DNA of 64,000 nt, taken from positions 434,001 to 498,000 of the forward strand of contig JAQGDQ010000144.1 of assembly GCA_030141605.1 (NCBI GenBank), given 5' to 3'. Source of the stretch: Tubiluchus corallicola (lineage: Eukaryota; Animalia; Priapulida). The notes beneath the pieces were generated by a model that made no database searches, was not told where the DNA came from, and was given only the letters and a program-made list of their open reading frames with translations. Position numbers and translations under genes: made by a program. Below, one piece after another: positions 54,792 to 64,000 of this stretch. How positions within the stretch are numbered: the stretch's first letter is position 1; every line of letters begins with the position of its first letter.

Positions 54792-57654
54792 TTCAAATAC
54801 TTTTAATTATGAATCATTCATGTGGGTACTTAGGTAGCACTATCAAAGCATAATACCATACCGCCATGCGGGCTGTTTTGTGGGCAGCACATAACGTTTT
54901 AAGAAAACATGATTTTTATGCTGGCTTTTAGTGCGAAGAGACATAGAAGAGATTATGGAGGTGTTGCATAATGTCGAATCATAGCTTAATAACAGACGTA
55001 GCTTAATAACACATATATACATATGACACAAAAAATACAATGCTTCAACAAAAATAATTTTTATTTTGTTGTACTATTGCAGTATATTCATGGCTGCTTA
55101 GAGACACTGTTATCAAAGCCTGACTTAATAACTTTTTCATATTTAATGGCCACGTAATAATAATAGTGATCAGCAGTGTAGTTGCAAAAATTTAGCAGCT
55201 GGGAGCTGCATTGGCTGTAGATGTTTATTTTTATACGTGCATGTGTGAAGCAGCCGTTCCACTTTGTTCCCCTCAACTACACCCTTAATAGTGATTATAA
55301 TGATAAACATGATTAGCTAAGTAATATTAGAATTTTTGTGTATAGCAAAACAGTATAATATTTTTGTAGTGACTCAATGCTAGATACCAATAAGTTATTG
55401 CTTTAACTGTAGCAGCTCATTGCCAAGTTTGATAGAGCTGTAACAGTAGTTACTAATCTCAAAATTTAATGTTTCAACCAATAGTTCAACTGTCTAATCA
55501 CTAGTTGAACTGTCAATGCAATGTATAAAATCATAACTTTTCATTAATTATTATGCTGTCCTAAAAGTGAAGCCTGTGCTTTCAGTTATTGAAACACTGT
55601 CATAATAATCATGCTAAATTTAAGGTGGCTTTCAAGATCTTGTTTTTAAAAATTGTGATTTTTACTGTCAAACAAAATAAGTTAAATATGTCTTGCATTA
55701 CAAAATGACTTTACCACTCCTATACAACAAATAATGAACAGGTAATAAAAATGCAAAAAGTACACTATCCATAATAAATCTTTATTAAAGTGACTATAAG
55801 TTCTTTATCACTATTTATATCACAGTTGTAGAATACTCGAGTCTGTAGACTGATCACCGTAAAGTACTTGCGAGTACAGAATTTTCAAATTGACTTACAC
55901 TGTCCTTAGAGCTTCACATTGCTCAGTTTACGGTAACAAAACACTGACAAAATGCACAATTAACAGCTATAACTTCAAGTGTTAACAAGAAGTTTTTATA
56001 TCAATGTTCTTTCAGTTTAATGGACAGAATATTTCCAAAACCTTTCAATCTTCAGGTACTAAGAAGAGTTGTTAATCACAATTAATGATTACACATTAAA
56101 AACATTATTTCTGCACAAAACACTATAATTCACTGAATCAGGCAACAATCTGAAATGTCATGACACTATAGAAAGTATGTAATTTTTGACTGAATTAAGC
56201 AGCTTTTACAGAGATTAGAACAAAAGTATATGCAAAATGTACAAAACAGTTCAGATCATCACACCTTAAAAACTGAACCAAAAGGCTATTGTACAGTCAC
56301 AATGATAAATGCTTCTAGAAAGGTGCAGTTATCATTATTATACAATGATACTTATACAATGGGATTAGAAAATATACTGTAAATTACTTATATTTTGTAT
56401 GTATCAGTGAGTTAAATTTATTTTTTCCTGGCAGCAGGCATAATTGAGAAAATTACGTAAGAATCTACAAAAGCACCGGATAAAAAAATTCAGCAAGAAT
56501 TAAACAGAATGATTGGGACTTCATCTACTGATTCATCTACCTGTATATTTCAACATGTAATGGGTTTAATTGTGAGTGACAGTCACAAGTGACTAAAAGC
56601 AAAGGAAATAGCTAATTAGTCATGCTACGTATTAGCAATATGCGAAGTTGAGTATCGTTGACTCTGAGGATTGGTGACGATTAGCAAAAGCTGTTTTTAG
56701 GATGTTTTATCTCTCCGACTATTTCTCTAGACACCGCGGCCAGTTCATTGGCTGTTCTTACAAGATTATCTTGAATTGTGAACTAGGTTCCAGTTCTAGA
56801 AACGACGCAGTACGTTTGTCGAACTGTGCAAATAAATTTTAGTCTATACTATAATTAATATGACTCATATGATATTTAACTTGCATATTGCATGTAGCAA
56901 ATTGTGTGCAACATTAAAAGTGTTGGACAGCTGACAGACAAAAGTAAGAATGTGTGCTCAACATAGAAAGAAATGAATTTAATTACAAATAACTTACTAG
57001 TATGCCAAAAACAACTGTAAAAAATATCACTTTTTCGAGTACACTACAAATACAACTTAGGCCACATGTCGTTAAATTGTGGAGAAGTCAAACATTCTTG
57101 CATGGAATTCCTTGGTTTATATTTAAACGAATCAACTCAACCTGCCACTAAATCATGATTTGTAACGTTTAAGCAAATCACCTTTATACAGGCTCAATAA
57201 AAAGTTCTCTGTAGTCAAACTACAAAGTCCCCATCAGCTCCAATACATATAAATATAGTCATGTACTCGTATTTCACAAAATTCTCAGCAATTTCTTAAT
57301 AAGCAAGATAACAAGGACAGTAATATTCTGCAAAAAGTAAAACATTATCATCCTAATTTCAACAACATTCTACACGATAACAACAAGCATAATTATAATA
57401 ATAACAATGAACAATAACCTTTGAGCAAAAGCAATTGTTAGTAGCGCACCACGTAGCTGTTAGTTTAAGTTGGTATTTTATTTACTATTTAATACATTTT
57501 TCATGTAAAAAAGGGGAATGTCAGCAATGTTTACTGAAATCTAAAGCAATCAGAAATCTCAAGAAACATATCTGCAAAAGAACACTGGACTGGTTCACAA
57601 TAACATTTGGAGATGATTACATCAAAGCTGTAAAACGTTTTTTATGGTATACTG

Positions 57655-58136
57655 CAGGGGTGTGCAAATTATCTGACTAGCCAGGCCACATTAAACTTTC
57701 CCGCAATTCCTGCGGGCCACATGCAGTTTGATCAAGGAGCCAAGTACAGAAAGGCCTAATAACGATTTTTTTGCATCCGACTTGCGTACATCATTACTAC
57801 TACACTCAAGAAACTATTTTAGAAGTTATTAAAATTTATATTACAAACCATATATTTCTACTTTCAGGACAGATAGTGGTAATTTCATTACAATGCAGAT
57901 TAGTAATGTGTATCACACAGTCTGTGTAGTACAGTGTTATTAAGCTACAACTGTCTTGTAAGGGTTAATGGCATCCGATCTAGTAGAAAAAACTACCCGC
58001 ACTATCTTTGGGATCATGGCACGGACTTCAGCTGGATACACTCAATTAATCGCCCGGGCCGCACTTTCATTAGGTTGACAAATCTCTTCGCGGGCCGCAC
58101 AAATTCTCTCGGCGGGCCGCACTTTGCACACCCCTG
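57655..58136. mobile_element. hAT (Charlie-like) MITE with perfect 8-bp TSD
   Basis: 14-bp TIR CAGGGGTGTGCAAA / TTTGCACACCCCTG; TSD GTATACTG at 57647-57654 and 58137-58144; subterminal GCGGGCC repeats. Confidence 0.92.
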
Positions 58137-58530
58137 GTATACTGCGTAAAAGCTTGTGCCACCTGTTGACAACAAAACGAAGGAATAATGAGTTGAAGCC
58201 TTTTTAAGCAAAATGCAGCAAGCAAGCAATTATTACAGGAATTTTTTTCAATAGTCAAAGTCATATTTGAAAATCATGGGGTGTTGATGAAATTCTTTGT
58301 AGCTGCATAAGTATATTTAACAACCTACACAAAAATGTCTCTATTAATAATTAATTATAAAGTTGCATCATAGTTTCACAATAAGTATAACACTAATCAA
58401 TATAAAAATTGAGCACAATTTGTGCGCATTACATCACAAGTATCAGTAATATATACTATTTTAGCACATCACATGGATCACAGTTGCCTGATCTAGAACT
58501 GACATACTTGAGAGCCAGCATGAAATTCTA

Positions 58531-60004
58531 TTATGAGGACTTCTCTTCTCCATGTATGCACTTTGCCTCACCTTCTTTGGCTAATGACTTCATGAGAGAC
58601 TGTTGTACATAAAAGGCAAAAAAGAAGTATCCTACAGCAGCGCCAGCTGTGGCTGAGATAAGGAACCAAGCGTTGTAGGACATGACTATGAGCATGAGCA
58701 GGTATCCAACCACAACTTGCACTCCGTGCAGTAGAGACTGAATGCAGTGATACTTGAACCTGGGGTGTGTAAATTACGCCAATTAAATGACAAATCCATA
58801 TCAGCAAAGTAAAAGTGCAGATGTTCATTCACACAAACATTTACCACCAGATAAAAACTACAGATGTTCATTCACACAAACGTTTACCACCAGATAAAAA
58901 CTATTAGATGTACACAACCAAGATGCAATAAATTCCGTCTACTCTCACTTTTTGCTATGATAAAACATGAGTAGGCACTAGATGTATGAGCAAAACTGCA
59001 AAAACAACAGTACACGAATTACATTGTAACCATTCTTACTGTCCAAAACATCTAGTGTTTCCACATGTTCTCAACTATTTGCTATTGGATCCTTTTAGTA
59101 GATTAAGTGAATCCCTTGCTATTAGATTTTTCTAGTAGAGTCAAATCAACAATTGCAATTGCAGCTATTAATTCGCAAAAAAAATTACAATAGTATGAAA
59201 TTTCTTTTATTCAGTTATTCCATCACACTAGAAAACACTGCTTATATCTGTTGGTGTCCTCTTTGCTGTCTTTGTAATTAATCAGATGGAAAATTAATAG
59301 ACAAAATTTCTCATTACAATAAATAGCCTTCCGTGCAGACAGAACACTACTGTACCAAACTTTTGTCTAACACAGCTGTGTATACAGGATGCAGTCGAGA
59401 GACCTATGAGGTGTGGGATCTAAACACATTTTGGATTTTCTTTATGTATGAAAAAATTTTCTAGTGCAATTTACTATTAGATTTATTATAAGTTTAACTT
59501 ATTTTTTAGTACTAGTTTTACTAAGCAGACAATTTGGCAGAGCAGCAAATAATGTTTGCTGACTTATCCTTCACAGCCTTAATGAACAACATAAATGCAA
59601 AAGTAAAGTAATGACATATGAAAACCAGCAGAAAACAGAGAGGCATAGAACATGGTTTGACATTTGATGAAAAGTTGAAAATGCTGAGGAAGTAAACTTA
59701 TTGAATTACCTTTTAAAAAGCTAATATGTACAAATATGCGAAGTTTTTAACATTACCTTTCACAGTTAAATTCTCGTGTTTTAGATGCTGCTTGAGTTGC
59801 CCGTGATCTTGACTCTGAAATAAGCTTATCTTCACCATCTTGGGACTGTTCAGACGTAACAGGCTCATCTGAGAGCTCTGAGACCGTAGGAAGAGGAAGC
59901 TCGTCAGGTACTTCTTTAGCTTTTAGCAGCAGCACCTGCCTAAATGTCTTTAGTCCTTCATACAGAATAGCAAGACAGCCAGTGCCAATTACAAGTGAAC
60001 ACCT
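58531..60004 (-). CDS. SLC31A2: SLC31/CTR copper transporter (CTR2-like), last two coding exons; N-terminal exon not found
   Basis: Exons 60004-59757 and 58759-58531: LAILYEGLK, HCIQSLLHGVQVVVGYLLMLIVMSYNAW (MxxxM), GAAVG (GxxxG); phase-2 junction R|FKYH placed as recalled for CTR2; no terminal HCH. Confidence 0.8.
58818..58903. repeat. 43-bp tandem duplication
   Basis: CAGATGTTCATTCACACAAAC(A/G)TTTACCACCAGATAAAAACTA at 58818 and 58861. Confidence 0.9.
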
Positions 60005-60434
60005 CTGAAATGAGATGTACAAATTCTCATGTTTGTGACAGGACCAAAATATGACTTATTATCAAGGCTAGACTTCAATACAAGCTACTGAACTAGCAGA
60101 AGTGTCTTAGCCATATTTCTTCCCTCAACTATAATCAGTGTAGCAAATGAAGATGCTTCGAGTGAGTGTTGAATGCAGCTGGTCACAAGGCAGTCAGTGA
60201 CCAGTCTCAGCATGGCTTACTTTAAGTCACGATGATATATGCACATGACCCCTCGGCTATCATCACTGTCTTTAAAAATAGTAATATGTAGTAGTAATTA
60301 TTTGGCACTAGAAAGTAGTACAAACAATGGACACTAGAGGTACTTCCTCAACATACCAATATGTAATAAGACGAAGTATGAATAACACAAATTAATTCTT
60401 AATGACAAGAATGGGGGGGAAAAAGAAAGAAGAA

Positions 60435-60660
60435 ATGACACGAGATTTCAAAGTACCACTTACTTTATCTTCATGTGAAAGGGACGGACAAATAAATCAC
60501 ATTGAATTACCGATGCCATATTTTTGGAGGATTTTTTTTGTTCGTAATAAAAGTAAAAAACTTTGTCCAAAAAAACATTAGCATTAGTGATTCAATGCGG
60601 TTTATTTGTCTGGTCTCTCACATAAAGATAAAGTAGGTAGGTGGTACTTTAAAACGTCAT
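60435..60660. mobile_element. Foldback/MITE-like element with about 80-bp inverted arms
   Basis: AAAGTACCACTTACTTTATCTTCATGTGA...GACAAATAAATCACATTGAAT pairs with ATTCAATGCGGTTTATTTGTC...TCACATAAAGATAAAGTAG...GTGGTACTTT. Confidence 0.7.
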
Positions 60661-61346
60661 CTCTTCTTTTTGTTTTTCAACTGTGGGATTTTTTTTAAAT
60701 TTAAAACGTATTAACACTCTAACGCCATACATCAAACTTTTACATAATGTGCGAATCACATGACGTTACCAAAAAACTTTAAAGAAAATTGCAAACTTGA
60801 TCGAAACTCGCTGAATGTGACAAATAGCAGATTGGCCTATTTTCTTAAAAACCCGATGGATTCAAATTTACGGAAACTGAGCCGCAATACATCCAGTAAA
60901 ACCGAATGTATTAGGCAAAATTTTTTAGGCTAAGTTAGTGAATTTCTTGCAATCAAAGTAACTCGGCTTTTTTCTTGATTTAAATTGTGGCTTCAAGTTT
61001 CAACAAGGTCACACACGAGTTCCAGCAAATGTGGAGTTAAAGACACAAACTGCCAGCATTCATAATAAGCTAACTGACGACTTTTGACGTCAGAAAAATG
61101 AAGCTACACAATACGAAGTATCCTGCTTTTGCCTATATACAAGAATAAGCCATATAGCTAACACAGTTCTAACTGATTAGCATTTGTGAATTTATTGTAG
61201 TGTAAGATTTATTAGTTCCTCAATTTCACACTCACACTGGAATGCCACTAGAAGAGTAAACTGAGCTAATAACAATTTGTTCTAACAAAGGTCTACGAAA
61301 GCAGCGATTATTGCCCGCCAGCACACGAGTGGATTTCCAAAATTAC

Positions 61347-63481
61347 CTTTTGTATAACTTCATCCAGAAACTGGCGGTCTTAATGGCGTAATAAGCATGT
61401 CTGCAAATGCCAGCAAACTGTCCCACGCACTCCGGATGCAGGTAATCCGCTATGAGACACCACAGATCCTGCGGATAGACCACACCGGCAGTAAACTTCA
61501 CCGCTTTCTGTTGCCGTTTTCGTCTTTGACACGGCGGTTCTGAAACAATGCAGCATAGAGAGTTAGGAAGGAAACTTCATAAAGTTGTGTCTATGGGTTT
61601 CAACCATGCAAGTACACCACATCATAATACACATGTAATAAATGTAAAAATATCGGCAAAATAGAGTGCATAGTGGAATCAACCCGGTGTGAAGACGTAA
61701 AAAGAAACAGCATAACTGTATGAGGAAGCATTCAAATAACTTTTGAACAAAAAATCAATAGCTTCTTGTTCAAATAAATCAAATTTTTATGTGTTTTATT
61801 GCTGGTATGTCTGACTTATTTTTGCTAGATATAATGATGTAAATACGTATTGTATAACTGTCTGTTTAAGCCATATATTGTAATTTTGGTATTGCACAAA
61901 ACTACATTACAGCTAACTATATATTTCAACACTGGCAGGAACAGCGGTTTCATAATTACAACACTGACAGTGATTTTTTTAAATTACAGGTTGTTTTGAA
62001 GCTATTAAAATGCAACACTTTTTTTAAATGTCAATTTTTTTCACTTTGGAACATAAGTTAGTCTGTAGTTGAAGGCACAGATCTGGTTTAAAGCACAAGG
62101 AAACACTTCATAATAAAAGCTTAAAAAATCGCTTTGAAATTTTATATCACTTACATGCTGTGGTATTGCACACAGAGCTTGGGTTAGGAGTAAACTGTAT
62201 AAAGCTTTTAAATTTAAACTCCTGCAATGACCGTTAGGTAAGTCATTTGAAGTAAGTTTACACAATGTCGGCTAAAGTTTGAAAGGTAATCAGAGCATTC
62301 GTAACTCACTCTTCACTTTTAGCTAAGCAAAAGATTAAACTACTTTATATTGTCAATAAGATCAATAATGTGTTTTTAGTTAATCAGTGGTGCACACAGG
62401 GATGGTGATGATGCAGTGCCGTTTTAACAAGGTGACAAGAATTATTAAGAATTTTTTTCCTTAGTTACATAAGCCTCTCAAACAGGTAAACAAAAAAGTA
62501 ATATTAACTTTGTGTGTAAAATTTTTTGAGATAAAGTTTAAAATTGCCTTTTCTTCCCCTTTAATGACATAGACGGGATCGATTGTTCTTTTCTATTTCT
62601 TTGCGAAGCACAAAGAGAGACACAAATGAAATCACTTCAACAAAATTTACTTTAAACATAATGATTAGTATGATTTCTATTTTGTATATCAAAGGAATTT
62701 CTTTGTGCAGCATTTTTTAAAATAGATAACCGTTCCTAGTTCTGCTTATAAATCTTCATATCTTGTAAATGCTATAATTTTTAATAATTAATTATTACTG
62801 TACATATCATTGCTTATAAAGGATGCCCTATGGCGATCTTAAAGCAATTTAAAAAATGTAAACTAATAATATTCAAAGACCCTTTCAAGCATTTCTGTGT
62901 TTTTGTAAACGTACAGCAATAAATGCAATTCGAATTTAAAATGGCATACCAATCGGCTGAAATTGCATAGAAAATTGCGATGCGATACCAGATAAAAATT
63001 TCACTACACCTAAATGATCACTCCAACTAGGACACATGTAGCACTTTTACCTTTCGAATACAGGTGCGCGCTTGTTATAGATTCTATAGAATAATATAGA
63101 CCAGGAAATAAAAGCCACTGAAAAAATTAAAAACAACAGATTTACGTTATAAGCCATGTTACAGAAAAACGTGTACACAACAAATAAAATGTAGTTCAAG
63201 CAAGGTTAAAAAGTTATCACTAAAACTGAACTGAAGATGTTGACAAAATAGTTGGAAAAACTCTCACCAGACAGGGCATTCTTAAGAAGGACTTACTGTA
63301 TGTTTTTCACACAACAAGTTACTATAGGTAGAAGAAACTCCAGTACCTTCAGCATTAAATTTCTTGGCATGACCTTCCAATGCTTCATGAACCTCCGCTG
63401 AATCTCCGCCACCGTCGTCATCGAAGTCACTCAACTTCCTCTCAAACCAGCTTGGTTCACTGAACACCTCTACTACTAGAT
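61347..63481 (-). CDS. TMEM183A: TMEM183-like protein, internal 5'-half exons (F-box-like segment); 5' end beyond the window or unresolved, 3' half not found
   Basis: Exons 63481-63347, probable 33-nt exon 63083-63051, and 61539-61347; GVVYPQDLWCLIADYLHPECVGQFAGICRHAYYAIKTASFWMKLYK parallels recalled human [44 protein letters not shown]. Confidence 0.8.
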
Positions 63482-64000
63482 CTACATAAAACAAATTCAT
63501 AAAGTTTTCATCAAAACAACAGCAATTATAAGGCACATTGTGCGGTCAAAGAAGACATGATGTAAAAGAACTGAAAAAAATTCACTTTTTTCCCTCAGGC
63601 TTCTTATTTGCAGAATTCTCTACCAAAAGATTTTCCTTGGTACAACCTCACTCAATTGAAGAAGAATATAAATAGGTGCCTTCTATTGCTAGCAAAATAA
63701 TTATTATACAGTAGATGCCGTTTATTAGACTCACGGTTAATAGACTCAACAACCTAATTTACTCAAAAACATTTGGTACAGTTCCATTCAAATGTATAAA
63801 ATTGTTGGTAATTTCGTCAATTTACGTCGATCTTGTTCACTAAGATATAAGTAGAAACAGTCATGTTAGGTACAGCTTTTGTTTGTAAACAGGTGCAGTA
63901 CATTTATCATATGCGCTAATATGTTAGCGTAGCCGTTTTGCTTCACCCGCTTGTCCGCTGCAATTAACCCTGTTGTTTCTGGAAGCTACACATTTAATCA

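Noticed and set aside
54740-54800. DWW peptide as the missing TMEM183 C-terminus
   Set aside because: Context (KVFEYKDWWLQ) does not match the DWWHPxYP end and it overlaps the IB-gene TATA region.
60221-60265. 45-nt candidate exon bridging TMEM183 and CTR2
   Set aside because: Keeps phase 2, so it does not repair the frame at the CAG acceptor, and it resembles neither protein.
63860-63985. Further TMEM183 exon (DKRVKQ)
   Set aside because: Weak similarity and no convincing phase-compatible donor; left unannotated.

Overview
AT-rich animal (invertebrate-type) genomic DNA with spliceosomal introns; the organism cannot be fixed from sequence alone. Genes were reconstructed by hand from splice sites and reading frames, left to right: the 3' part of CCDC40 (+), with an intronless KDSR nested antisense in one intron; MGRN1/RNF157 (-) head-to-head with UBALD (+); two tandem intronless FUNDC paralogs (-); MED9 (+) followed 169 nt later by an intronless UQCC2; a 170-aa secreted IGFBP-domain protein (-); the 3' exons of a CTR2-like copper transporter (-); and the 5'-half exons of TMEM183 (-). 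Introns hold many MITEs, LINE fragments, microsatellites and a 5S-rRNA-headed SINE. The most unusual observations are the MED9-UQCC2 unit with no intervening poly(A) signal, the twin FUNDC coding exons apparently behind shared non-coding exons, the TMEM183(5')/CTR2(3') juxtaposition, the 5S/RTE-type SINE and the triplicated membrane anchor of KDSR. Protein identities come from recalled similarity to known families; no database search was run.
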